Numbered from the stretch's first letter, positions 1-12,466 are shown. The stretch is 32,874 nt of DNA from Phoronis australis (GCA_002633005.1 NMRA01001204.1:7484-40357); one strand, 5' to 3'. A program made the numbers and translations. Notes: generated by a model from the sequence alone, not told the origin.

Positions 1-1938
1 TTCCTATTAACTTTCCAACAAATAGATGTGTTAGACTACCGCTTCACCTCCTACTAATTCCAATTTGTTTTTAAGTCCGTCTCAGTACTCTTTGGATTTC
101 TGTGACTGATTTTCATGAAATTTAGCAAATAGCCTTCTCTTCGCGAGACGCCGGTTTGACGTATTCTGCGCAATCTATTGGCCATTTTATGACACAAACA
201 AACACTCCTAGAAGCACACCGTGTGCGGTGCAGTAGTGGGCTCATTCGCTCCCCGTTGCTCTTGGTACTAAAATAAAAACGGCGATCATTTGTCGAAATA
301 GGTGCGTTAGGTTTCGATTCTCTGGTACCGGATGATGAATGATTATAGTCTTTGAACCGTGGTAGACAATAGGCCTGCAAGTCTTTCTGGTTCGCGAGAC
401 CAGGTCTCAAAAATGAGTCGGAGTATAGGCCAGAAACAACTATGCTTTTTTGATCCCCGCGAGAAATAGTAGTCAATTGAAATAGGACGGTCCCGGATTA
501 CACAGCGACACTTGAACTACATGTATGTACTGTGACCTCCGTGAAGCAGTTCTCTAGCCTCATTTTCGTGTCATATGACTTTCTCATGTTATTTGTGGGG
601 CTTGCTTTTTTCAAAGTTTTCTCGACTGCATTAACTGTCTTCCACCGTCCAATGACATTGCAGTTACGGCTGTGCTGTGGGCTACAACTCCGGCACCAAA
701 ATGTTGGATACTGTTATATACATAACTCTTGTAATAAAAAGGAGCTACAACATGGTTCCATGAATGTCTAGTCTGCATATATTATTTGTCATTTAGTGAA
801 GTGCACTTAAGGAGTATCTGTGGATGCGATATTTTCCGACATGATTCCTTGGATCAGCCCGACATGTCAAATGAGGCAACGCGTTTTCTTACCTCCAGGA
901 CAAAGGTTTCTTTCCGAGACCCTCCTATTGGTCACACTAATAATAAATATAAATCCCTGGTATTACCCTGGCGGCCATGCATGTTGTCTTACTGTCTGAA
1001 ACTAACCCGCCGTGACAAGCAACTTTATGGGCGTGGCGTACAATAATTACCACTCAAGCTTCGAAATCATTGTTAATTTAACCATAGGGTAATTATTGGA
1101 GACTGATTTTCTTACAGCAATTAGTCGAAATCAAAACTTAGATTTTGACAGAAGGCGCGGCTTTATTGCGCCATTTAATGACGCTGGCTACTCAATCATA
1201 GCTTATTACTTACATAACAATATTTTATTAGTGCTCGGTGCTTATGATGCAAAACATGCAATAGTTCTTGCTTTTGATAGGCAAGACATTGTACATGTAC
1301 ACTAATATCAAATAATCATATTTAGTTTGATATCTGCATTCATACGTCTTAATGCTTCTTAAAGTATCGTATCACAATGTGTTTTTGTTTTAGGTTATTT
1401 GTTGGCTAAACTCTGTTCATTGTAATTTGTTTTCGTAATAAACATTTTTAAAACAGTTAAAGATAATTGTAAGTGGTATTAGGTTTCGTGACAACCAAAC
1501 TTTATTCGCGATTTGACTCCGGAAATTGGAAAAATTGTTCTGAGCGTGGCACGCTATTAATCAGTTTTTCGAGTCCAGTAACGCTTGGTGACCCAAGACC
1601 CAGAGCTTGTATATCGCGTATATTACAGTGACAACGCTAGAGCAGAAAAGTAATTCCAAATGTACAAACGCGGCAATTTACGTAAACCTATGCACCGACT
1701 CTTTGTCTTTGTTAACTTTGAAATTATTATGTCACTCAAACAGTTGAAATCTGTCAAAAAGCAATTTAAGAGGGTCGATTATCCATTAAAAGTGAGTTAA
1801 ACCTAGATATTTTGACAATTTCATCCAACCTTTATCCTGTCACCTCATATTGTACAATAAGTTCATCCCGAACAGATCAAAGTTGCACTACCTTAATAAG
1901 ATCTCACATTTTCTCCAAATTTTCGAGACTGTGGAAAT

Positions 1939-4205
1939 TGACCTAATTCACGCGTACAGGAGGCGCGTTCTAAAACGAGGCTCGCTACGATAGCTGTCTG
2001 TTGGCTTAGGTGGCACAGAATAGTTAGGCTGTGGCCGTGGCCAATTTGCACTGCCAAAATATTAAAATCTAGGGCTAGGTCGGCTTGGGGGCATTTTTAG
2101 TAAGGTATTGTGTGTAGACCAAGTGAATGTGGTTTTTTGTATTTGTGAACATGCTGGGAATGAAAAAAGGCCAGTTTTTCTGCTATAGCTGCACTCTTCT
2201 TCAAGATGGTGGGAATCTGTTGCAGTTGTGCATTGCTGTGTAGCAACTGAGAAATTGGCCGCGATTTCAGGTAGCCCTCAAACAAGCCAGATTTGCAAAA
2301 AAAACTAATTCGTTGACAGTACTTTTGGATCACATTTTTGGAATCGGTAGGAAATTTGCTTTCGGAATATAATGTTGGCTTTAGTTGAGCATCGGCAGGA
2401 AAGTGGTGATTTTGGGGTAAAAAGTGCCGGTTTTGCATGTTTTTGCCCTCATTTTCCTTAGTTCAGCTTGGTTTCCACTGGGAGTGAAAGAGTCAAAAAT
2501 GCAAGAGAGAATAAAGTTTCTGTGCTCATCTGTAGGGCTTCTGATGTGAAATGACCAAAAACGTTTCCTTATTTGCATGCAGTTTTTGACAAAGTGAAGA
2601 AAAGGGTGAAGAGTGCATTGACGTGTGTTCTGACAGGCGAACCCCTGTGAGAACTGTTCTGTGCCTCCTTATCGGCAAACGGTTGTATACCGCGTTGCAC
2701 GAACGGCTAGAAAAAATATGGACATTCAACTGTCTGTTTTGCAATCCCTAAGGACGCTGAGAATCAGAGATTCGGAAGCGTTGGGTCGTTGCCATACGCC
2801 GCGACGAAGGAAAATATGTCCGTGTAAAATTTATAAATGTTTTCGAAAAGTTAGATCACATTTTGTCGCATCTCGGTTGTCGAACATCATAGTAACAGCC
2901 GGAGAATCTTCGGCTAGCCAGGTTGTGTTTTCATGACTACGGGTGAAACATGATGTATTTTTCTTTCCAAAAGTGACAGGGCTCTCAATCCCTCGATTTT
3001 GAGGCCGAATATCGGCCCTATTCTACTCTCAAAAATTTTGAAAAATCACGCTAAATTCCCCCCTCGAGGCCTAAAAACTCCCCCAGTGATTGAAAATTTC
3101 TCTTCGAAGTTCAAATCACCTAACCACACAGGTGACAATTTGACAGAGCACAAAATGTTACTTGAGACAGAGCCTGTGAGAGGATGCAAAAGGACGGGGT
3201 TTCTGATCGGGAGTTAGATTTGGCCCCGCACTCGGCGAAAAAATACCTTCTCAGAAGGCACAGGCACCTTTCCACTCATGAACGAGGCCCCTGAAGAAAC
3301 ATGATAACTTTTCTTACTCTGTCCAGTTAACTGAAATTGAGCTCTAAAACGAGGTTATGCTTTGGACGAACGAATTAGATGTTTTAATTTTAAAATTCAC
3401 TGGTCCAGATAGTTGAAACCTAACATATGAAATAGACGTCAGAAATATTAAAACCAGGATAGCAGAATTGATCGGTCAAATAACTACTTGTAAATGTGTG
3501 CAAGGGAGTGACTGAGAATCTGCATATAATGCGAAAGCGATTGCTCGGGCTGTGCTCGTTTTTATTTTATTTTTAAATTTTAAAAATGGTCAATTAAATT
3601 TTATTTACGAGCCTGATTTTTTATTTTAATAAAAATATAGTTAATAACATCAGATATTCTTTCAGATGAATGACAAATCAACTGTTAGTCCCGGTAGTCT
3701 CTACCTCACCAGGACCTAGGCTATGCTTGATGTTAATATCATTGATCAACAAATTAAACCAGATGTGACTAATTGCACATTACAGCAAAATGCTACAAGC
3801 CACCACCGTCGAATATAACTTCAACTCGTCAGCAATACAAGCAGATGACTTGTAGAATGCATTTTTATCAACGATTTACAAGAAGAAACGTAACCCTGCA
3901 TTCAGCATAATACCTAATCCGTAACACTACGATCGCCGTAGTTTGGTCATATCTACTTTTCATGTTTCGAACCTAGTTTTCCGAAAAACTTATACCCTTT
4001 CGTCAGACAACTTTTTGATGCATTGACTTGTTCTCTAACGTATTTTTCTACGTATCTGAGGTTAATTATCGACACATTTTTAATATTTAATATCCAGGTT
4101 GGACTGGAAAGACCGGCCATTTAACTCACGCAAGGTCAACTTCAGCTCTGTTTATAGCAGTGAGCCTCGCTTTGGATTTTTATGTCCGCCGCGTGAATTA
4201 GGTCT
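1939..4205. mobile_element. Old non-autonomous DNA transposon bounded by 15-bp terminal inverted repeats (possibly ISL2EU/Harbinger-related)
   Basis: GACCTAATTCACGCG (1940-1954) is inverted with CGCGTGAATTAGGTC (4190-4204). Weaker subterminal match CGAGGCTC/GAGCCTCG. AT dinucleotide on both sides. No recognisable ORF inside. Confidence 0.45.
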
Positions 4206-6380
4206 ATACGTTATTTAGTTTCAATGATTTCGATGACTGGACCTAGTCCGCGTTAATATCTTTTCGTTCACTAAAGCAGAGCTTTGGATACTTTCAAGCG
4301 GCTGAACAATGAACATTTATATAAATTCAACGGTCAGTTTCAAGTTCCTGGATGTTGGGTACTTTAGATGAAGTGTAGTAATGTCACCAACAGAATCGTC
4401 ACGAACGCCACCATCTTGGTTGATCTGTAATGTAGACGTGATAATTGTCACTGTATGAAAAAGGCACGCAAAAACTCCAAATTTTTAATCTGGAGCAAAA
4501 AAAATTCTTAACATCTGTATTTTCTAAATTATTAGAGGAATCTTAAATCGTGGTTCTTCAAATGATTACTTATATTTTTTGAAACTCCTTAAATTCATCG
4601 CCTGAAATGCGTTATTTCACTTTATTCAAATTTATTGTTCCATGATTTAACATGACTTTTGCCACTTATCATGGGAAATTCGCCAGAGTCAAATACAGAA
4701 GTTCGAGATTCCCTCTTAATAAAACACTCCGGCGTTTAGTAACGGTAAGTACTCAAAAGGCTCTTGCAAAAAAATTATGCCTGGTGCAACGGAAATGGAT
4801 AGTTATGCACACGTAGTTCACGCCAATGACTTGAGCTAATTTGATTGCAAAGTCCCACAAGGTCCTCTGGGATGTATTTGTTATCACATTTCACTCAAAC
4901 TGTTGGCATATACATGTAGGGCCGCATTATCAGAATAGGTCGTGGAGAAGCAAACACGTTGCACCCAGCGGAATGCAAACGACACTATGAATTGGAGCCC
5001 ATTCGCAGATTAAGCCGCCCAATTGATATTTCAAGCTTCTTAGGTGCTTGATCGAATCAGGCACCGTAGATGCAGTAGTTAGTGTTTCGCATTGTACTAT
5101 AATGTTGGGCGACAATATTAGTTGCTCAGGTAAGCTACGTATATTTTACAGCGTTAAGGCCGGGTGCAAAAACTATCTCCACGCAGTTTGACTGCATAAA
5201 TGTATTTTTAGTGACCACCCGTTACAGTAAGTGTCTTGGATTCTTACGGAGGTAGAGGACACGCTGTCATCCACGTAACTACGTTCCATATTGAATTGTA
5301 AATTTACGTGAGTAATTGCTATTGAGAATAATGTATAAAGTACTTGTGAAATGTTACCAAATTTCGTTTTGTGTTTGTTTATCTATAATAACTTGTTAAA
5401 AGTCTGGCTGTCCACTAAGACGTATATTTGCATGATCGTGAAATCCACTACAAGAGACAAACACTTTTTCTCGTTCGTTCTCCTTATATCGTTGATCTGT
5501 TTTCCAAAAACCCTGAAGCGCATCCTAAAATCATAGATTTAAACGGACATTATCGCTTTTACGACCAAAAACCCAATTTTGAAATTATTGTTCAATGAGA
5601 TAGTCCTTTTCAAGTTATTAGCTTTGACCAGAGCTATTAAACAACACAATACGTCGCCTTGTTAAAAATCGTCCATTCTCGGAGTTGGCTGCCAGACATA
5701 ACGCTACAATCAAGTCCGCGGCTTAAAATAGTCTGCCACATACTGTGTGTGATGGTCTCACTTAAAGATTCTTCTTAACAGATTTTATAGTAGAATGTGC
5801 GCGTTTGGTCGGCCATTGTTCAGGAATTCACTCACCAACAATTATGCATAGATCCTAACCACCTTACTATTGCCAGTATTGGGAGAGGCAGACCTCTCGT
5901 GGGGATTCGATGGAAATAAGAAGAGACTGAGTGGCGACCCCGGGGGAACAATGGGTGTCGCCGGTGGTGGAGAATTGAAGGCGATCGAAAATGTGCCCAG
6001 ATCCATAAAACTTGAACAATGTGGTCGCGAAACGTGAACTAGAACGTACGTGCGTTAATATTGCATTGCGTGAACCGTGACGCGATAACTGCTCCACTCC
6101 ATCCTTTTGGTACCCATGTTAATGCTTGTTAACTGCGAACAAGCATTGCAAAGTAGCAAAGGACGAAAGCATTTTTTCAGGAGCGCATTCTGTATCTTTG
6201 TTACTTGCGGCGAGAAAGCGTGCCTTATGGAACGTAAACAGCGACCGTACTCCCAACAACATTCACTGTCCTTACATGGTTTCGGGTGATATTGCGGGAT
6301 CTCAGCACACTCGTAAGACAAGCAACGGAACGCACCCCACCCTGGGGTACAGTAAGCTCGCCACACGTACACTAATAAAC

Positions 6381-6664
6381 CTACCCATTTGTGGTCAGTT
6401 GCTCGTATTCAACTCTTCCCTTATGCTTCCACTTGAATGACCACAGAGTAGCTGGCTCTGTGGTCACAACGACCTCGTTTGAGTTTGGCTTGAAGGCGAT
6501 ATTGGTTAAATTTTGCAGTCCAGGTGGTAGCCTGATTATTGTGTCCGGTTTTCCACCCTTTTGACTGAACACCTCAATCGTGCCCTTACTGAAATGCGTG
6601 ACGAGCACGTTCCCCATTGCGTCGAATTTCATGCCGTCGTAGCCTCCATAGTAAACACCAGTTT
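6381..6664 (-). CDS. DFPase-like exon 4 (C-terminal)
   Basis: TTGTATTTGCAG acceptor (phase 1). Translates TGVYYGGYDGMKFDAMGNVLVTHFSKGTIEVFSQKGGKP...NIAFKPNSNEVVVT...WSFKWKHKGRVEYEQLTTNG, then TAG. Confidence 0.88.
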
Positions 6665-8404
6665 CTGCAAATACAACAACAATGTGTACTTTACTACTAA
6701 TAGTAATTGTCCCTTTACAGAATGTAATATATTTTATTGTTAGGCGAAAGTGACACTTCAACACACGGGTATATCGTCTATTGCCCAATTTGATCCGAAC
6801 AAACTCGCTTAAATTCGTATAATGCGTGTCTATCCGCCGATGTACAGCAAACCGCCAATGGACATNTTTTAGGCGTTAAGGTTAAACCGTGGCAACTGAC
6901 ATACGCGTGGGGCTTGGACAGTCGAGGAAAAAAGACTGCTAAATGCGGATAAGAATGAAAATTCAAGAGAACATTTAACAACTAGGTATCAGTGCATGGT
7001 TTACCTTTCGAGGACCCTGGCCAGGACATTGTTGTTGGGGTCTCCGCTTTCGTAGCACAGGTTGTCTAAACGCACTTGAAAACGTACACGTAATTACTCA
7101 TGCATGTATTTCGAAAAATCGAAAAAGTATAAAGGGAAGCTTTTGCGGAGCGTATTAATTTACTGGATTTTTAAATTCAATAAGTCAATTTTGCGACTAC
7201 AAAACCACATTTTTCTAGAGGCCCCTCCATGGCAAAGGATAACGGAGACAACTGTCGCTTTTTTCTCGAATTGTATATCACTTGAGAAAAATTGATGACC
7301 TGGCAGACATCATCGAATGCTGCACATTTTCTGATTTTCCAAAATACAGTTATTTTCATGTTGAAGGGCCCCACTTTTGAAGGAGGCCACTGATGACATT
7401 CAAGTGGCCACATTTTTTATGTTTTTATTGACAAATTCTTAAGGGTCCACTCACGGAGAGAGGACCCAAAGTTGGACTCGTGCTTTTCGTGAACTAGTGC
7501 AACCGACTTTCATGTTGAGGAAGGTCACTTCCTGCACCGTCTTGTGACCACTCGACGGTGGAATGAACTGTCACTCTTTTCCAAGCTTAATGATGTTTAA
7601 CCTTTCATAATTAACGTGTCCCATTTCAGACGGGACCCTCTCTCGGTGAAGCAGTTCGGGGGAAATTTCCCTTTGTCCTTCTTACATGTAAATCCGACGC
7701 TGCCAAGTATTCACGAGGGAAGTTGAGATTCTAAATTCATCAAAAAATACAAACTATTCGTGCACAGCACAGTTGTATCAAAAGATTCGACTCAAACAAC
7801 CAATTATGCGAAATAATGCAAAAGGATTGAACGCCATCGAAAGGGTGGAATTTTGAAGAACGTGAAGACCACTATTTGTTAATTACACAAAATGACTATT
7901 TCCGATGGTTAGTTACAGAATAATGTTACTGTTTCCCACAGTATCACAAGATCTCTTTTGCAAATGGTTACTATGAGTTGTTTGTAAGGAAATGACGTAT
8001 CGCAAGCCCTTGAGTATTGTCGACTAACAAACAATAAGTTTTACCCGGCAACGTGTTGTTTGTCGGGTAAAATGGCAGCTTGGAAACGAAGGTGTGTCAT
8101 AAATCCTGCATTCTAAGTGGCCAGTTAAGCCGTCATTCAAAATTCTGGTGATAGGTCGATTCCCACATGTGGAAAACATTGCTGTAGAGGCTGCCTTTGG
8201 GGTGACCGTGTACATGTCAAAAGAGTGAACCTAAACACTCGCACTAATAAACAAATAGTTCAGCTTTTTTAAAGTCAAGTTCAAATGGGAGGGAGGTTCG
8301 TTCCAGCCCCCCAAGCCCCCCCCGCATGCACGGAGCACGTCATGATTGGCACACCCACGTTAAAAATAAGGTGTAACAATTCAGTAGGCCTGCGTAGAAT
8401 CTCA

Positions 8405-8470
8405 GTTACCCACGGGAACTGAATTTGAACTCCAGATGTTGAAGTGTGTACATTTTTGGGACACACTCTG
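8405..8470. mobile_element. Solo Tc1/mariner-like terminal inverted repeat in intron 3
   Basis: Minus strand reads TA|CAGAGTGTGTCCCAAAAATGTACACAC, a typical Tc1/mariner terminus with TA target. No clear partner end was found. Confidence 0.35.
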
Positions 8471-9434
8471 TATCATTTCCCCCAGTAGCCAGAAACTAGA
8501 TTACCGGCTGTGTTTCATCTAGGGATTCTGAAACGGCCACAAAGGCACTCATACCAAGCACCTAGGGACCTCACTTTTCCAAAACATTACTTCAAAGAAT
8601 GGCCATAATAAAATGAAGGTTTCCCCGAAATTGGATCATAATAAAACAAACCTTGACCTTCACTCCAGAGCAGAGGATTACCTGTAGGTACGAATCCACT
8701 GTTGGACTGAACCCAGCTCTAGTTACTTCAGGCAGCTCCCAGCAATCCGTCAGTGCGCTGGCTCTAGACCCATTCTTATTCTCCGTGAAACTTTGTTGGT
8801 TCACGGTTACTCAAATTCTGATGGCTGTATCCCCGGTATTACCCCCACCTACGGCGGACGAGGGGAGGGGGGTCGATACAAATATGGTGACATACAGAGC
8901 ACTGGGGGAGGATGTGGTGACAGCAAGGGGGTAGGTTAGCAAAGTCAAATTGGTTGTTGCCCCCCCAATAATTTTTTCCTACTTACGTGCCTGTGTGGTT
9001 CCCTAAAATTTAATAAAATTTCATGCATATTGAAAAATGGTGAGTGGATGGTTAAGGGGCGTGACACCCTTCGCATCCGACCATAACTCGTCTAAATGAG
9101 GTCTGCCCAGGGCTGCGTTCCGTAGATCCAGCACTCGCGAAGCACTTGCGGCGAGAAATCTTGGCTCATGGAATGGAAACAGGGAATTATCTGCATATAA
9201 TTCAACAACCTAGCCTCAACGAACAATCATTCAATGCCACCATTTTGCTAGAAAACGCTAGTATATTCCCGAACCTTGGCCTACTCACTAAACTGATTTA
9301 TTTTTCACTCGCATGATTTTGTTTAGTCTTGCCTTACATGATCTTACTTTTTCGTGAGATCTTTGCTCCTGGCGGAATGTGTCTCTGGCCTGAATCTAAG
9401 AGGAAAACGATTTTAAAGCAAACTGAACTCATAC

Positions 9435-9622
9435 CAGGTGAGGTTCACCACACTCGTTTGTTTCGCACTTGACAAGGTCCAATGATATCGTAAGCCCACA
9501 CTTTTCGAGTGAAAGTTTCCGACACCAATACGAGAACGGGTTTTCCGTCTTTTGAGTGTTGAACAGCGATTCCATTAACGTATCTGTTGCCAGTATCTAG
9601 TTTTATTATGTCACCCCTTGTC
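9435..9622 (-). CDS. DFPase-like exon 3 (not in ORF track), contains in-frame TGA
   Basis: TTTTGTAG acceptor (9624-9623) and G|GTATGA donor (9434). Manual translation TRGDIIKLDTGNRYVNGIAVQHSKDGKPVLVLVSETFTRKVWAYDIIGPCQVRNKRVW*TSP matches DFPase DGQMIQVDTAFQFPNGIAVRH...IVAETPTKKLWSYDIKGPAKIENKKVWGHIP. Confidence 0.88.
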
Positions 9623-11246
9623 CTACAAAACAGTGCATGCTGTTCATTTCTGAAGCTCCAAATGGTAACTAAACGAATACTTTCTGCGCGTTGAAATACT
9701 TAATCAGCGCGCTGCACTAATTCTTCAACGCGTAGTGTTGGTTGTCTTGCTGCTCTTATTCAATGCGCAAAATTTATCATTCAACGTCTGCGCTGCCTCC
9801 TTTCGGCGGTACCGACTGTAAACTTGTCTTTGACCGGATATAAATCAGTGCGCGTTGAGTAACAAATTCTGGGCGTTGAAGAAGGGCAGAGAGGTTATCG
9901 TTTAAGATCCTATTCTGGCGTTAGATAATATAAAGTCCAATTCAGTTTTCGTTTTGTATGTGGCTTGGCAACGGCAGAAATGCAACTTTAATATTCATAA
10001 GCTTGGCTGCAACCAGACGTAATCAAGAAAGAGAAAAGTTTGGAGATTTTGCCGTTATGATTCCATGTTTGTATTAAGACAAAAAGTTGTAGAATCACAT
10101 CTCAATAACAATCCAGCGAGTAAGTCACCATGTGGCGAGCCCGTCTCGTCCACGAGTCGAATCATGCTCACAACTATCAAACAACATGTGGTCGAAATCG
10201 ACGGCATTTCTTTAGTCCTCTCAAAAATAGTTCGGCAATGGGATAATTTACTAGAAAGGCCCGGAAGGAAAAGATGTTTCTAAAAGCAGAATGACTGCGT
10301 GGTTTTCCTTTTGATGCCCAATATTACAAGATAATTCCATTCTTATTCGTCTGAAAATATCTACTTACTACGTGCAGTGGTACCTGTTAGCGGTAAAGAC
10401 CTTGGTCGAGTGGGTATCTTTTGCAGTAAATTTCGATATTGTGAGAATGGTTAGAGTGGAGCAGCTCAACACATTTGCCGGCCATGTCAGCCCAGGGGGT
10501 CGCATTTTGACAGAACTCAGCTGAGAAAATAGGTACCGATTAAGAAAAAATTAAGAGGTTTTTAAAAGCGGTTATGTATGGCAAGCATATGCACCAAGCT
10601 AAATATCTACGACAGTATAGAACATAACTCAGTAGAACTGTGTATTTTTAAAAATACTTAAGCCTGTGGAATTTGATATTTTACTTAATACCAATCTTCC
10701 ACTGATTGGATCACGTGACATTAGTTATTAGTAAAATTTTTGCAGAAAGAAAGGTATGTTCACAGCAAAACAAATTCATTTAATAACCAGTTGACCAAAT
10801 TTCGTTTGAAATAATGTTCAAGATGAAATCTCAAAAACGATGTCACAATTTTCTACGTTATCATTTTGCTAGGCAGAACTTATTATTTTCATGAAAATAT
10901 AGCCTCTCTTACAAAAGTAGTGCACGTTTAAAAACAAATCCCAATTGAATTTTGGAGAACAGTGCGTAAAGTGGGGCATCAGTGTCAATTCATTCTGACT
11001 GGATCAGCCATTTCTAAAATTTGATGTTCCAAAGTTAGCCAAATGTGAGCACTTTCTGAGGTCCTACGTAACCTTAAACGGGACATTTTGAATTTTCATA
11101 CCTTTCATTGCCGGCATTCACCGCTCTACATGTTCATGCGAATCGCTCATTGTCCGACTATCTGCAACTGATCGGGCAGCTCAGGAGCGAAGTAGTTCTA
11201 AAATGTCTCACTAGTGATTTGAAATGTATAGTTTCAAGATGGTTAC

Positions 11247-11560
11247 CTGTTATAGCAATATAGTGACCCATTTACACGCGTTTGAGGGGATAGATTGTCC
11301 CTGTATTTGGCGGGTGCAATCTTTCCTACTGGTGCCGTCATCCACATGTTTCCGGTGAAGTCAAACGTCCCGTCGTTAAATCCCTGCAGGGGTTGATTGT
11401 TGGAATCTTTTCGTGCAATTTGTGTATACTTTCCGTCAGGAGTCACTTTGAGCAGTGCATGCCTGAGATCTGTCACCCATAGATTGCCATCTCGGTCGCA
11501 TTGGCCGCCATTTGAGTTCCCGCCAACTGACTTGATATTGGGTTGGGCAATACTTGAGAG
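11247..11560 (-). CDS. DFPase-like exon 2
   Basis: Translates LSSIAQPNIKSVGGNSNGGQCDRDGNLWVTD...GSLYCYN. Donor CAG|GTAACC at 11246 (phase 2). The 5' boundary is inferred from alignment and phase; it follows a pyrimidine tract ending CCGCAT (non-canonical). Confidence 0.85.
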
Positions 11561-12002
11561 ATGCGGAGGCGTGAAAAATAAATGGAGACGATATACATGT
11601 AGCGTATTACAGGTGGTGTAATTTGTAACTAATTTAAATTCAAACAAAGTTCAAGAATGTGACGTCGGTGCTTTGTAAGAGCAAACACGACTGTGAATAA
11701 AATTGAAATTTTTATCACCAGAAATGTAGCGGACTTAATTTTAATCATTTAATATAATTAGGGTGAGACACACCTGGCGTGTGTTCCGTATACGTGAGAA
11801 CCTCGCGTCTTGTACAACGAGCGAAGTTTGTAGTCCTTCACGAGACACTTGCGTCTACGGATATCAGTCTTGTGCCCGTGATTCGAAATTCTACGCGAAG
11901 ACACACTTCAAACGTTCAAATCTCACGCCTTTCGAGTACGGTAAATGCCCCTTTGCTGATTTCTAAGCCTCAAAACAGTCCTTCTCTGCTGCGTTATCAT
12001 GT

Positions 12003-12045
12003 GTTTAGGGGGTGGCGGGAGCAACCCTCTGTCCCCCTAAATCCA
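12003..12045. repeat. Short hairpin, remnant of a GGATTTAGGGGG-type (hAT-like) MITE in intron 1
   Basis: TTTAGGGGG...CCCCCTAAATCC inverted pair; resembles the left end of the element at 28787. Confidence 0.3.
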
Positions 12046-12229
12046 CAGTTGGCCTTTGATATATTTCCTTATGAAGTGTATTTGTGAACATTAATCAAAC
12101 TTGTTATGACATGCCTTGGAAACTTTCCCTCCCCGTGCCCACTCAGACTTTTAATCGAACCACCTCAACTTCACAACAGAAAAAAGAACGTCTTAATTTC
12201 CTCATCCAGTTAACGTAATCTTTACCAAC

Positions 12230-12466
12230 CTTTCTCCGTTTCAAATCCACACTATAGATATCGCATCCCGTGACTCCTTGCGGACTAACGTGCGGCGCAG
12301 TCATGTACAAATTTCCCTTTCTATCAAACATTGGTCCCTCGCTATAGGCGTGCGGCTTGAAGAATGTATTATTGAATATCAAAGTAGCATTCGGTTTGAA
12401 AATATCAAAACCATTTGTGAACGAAAGAATCAGAGTTCCTATGAGCAATACGTATGCTGACATCAT
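12230..12466 (-). CDS. DFPase-like exon 1 (signal peptide + first blade, 79 codons)
   Basis: ATG at 12466. Hydrophobic MMSAYVLLIGTLILSFTNG leader followed by the EGP motif. Donor AAG|GTTGGT at 12229 (phase 0) lies where DFPase similarity ends. Confidence 0.85.

Larger units (their letters stand above)
6381..12466 (-). pseudogene. DFPase-like (SMP-30/gluconolactonase/DFPase beta-propeller) gene, 4 coding exons, secreted-type; apparently disrupted (pseudogene, null allele or base errors)
   Basis: Exons 12466-12230, 11560-11247, 9622-9435 and 6664-6381 total 1023 nt (341 codons including stop), with compatible intron phases 0/2/1. The translation is colinear with squid DFPase as remembered: SEGPMFDRKG ~ AEGPVFDKNG; QCDRDG; QGFNDGTFDFTGNMWMTAP ~ QGCNDCAFDYEGNLWITAP; NGIAVQH; GGYDGMKFD ~ GGADGMDFD; LWSFKWKHKG ~ VWKFEWQRNG. 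Lesions are the AT acceptor at 11562-11561 and TGA at 9447-9445. Confidence 0.85.

Noticed and set aside
54-476. 140-aa minus-strand ORF
   Set aside because: Non-ATG start, no recognisable motif, no clear splice context.
5800-6380. SECIS element or poly(A) signal for the DFPase-like gene
   Set aside because: No convincing RTGA...AA...GA hairpin and no minus-strand AATAAA seen by eye; the AATAAA at ~6374 is on the wrong strand.
6665-6788. N-terminal extension of the ORF covering exon 4 (and similar extensions of the exon 1 and 2 ORFs)
   Set aside because: Intronic read-through; similarity stops at the splice sites.
7440-7655. TTAA-flanked MITE in intron 3
   Set aside because: Only a weak inverted match (CACGGAGAGAGG / CCTCTCTCGGTG) and no TTAA on the right side.
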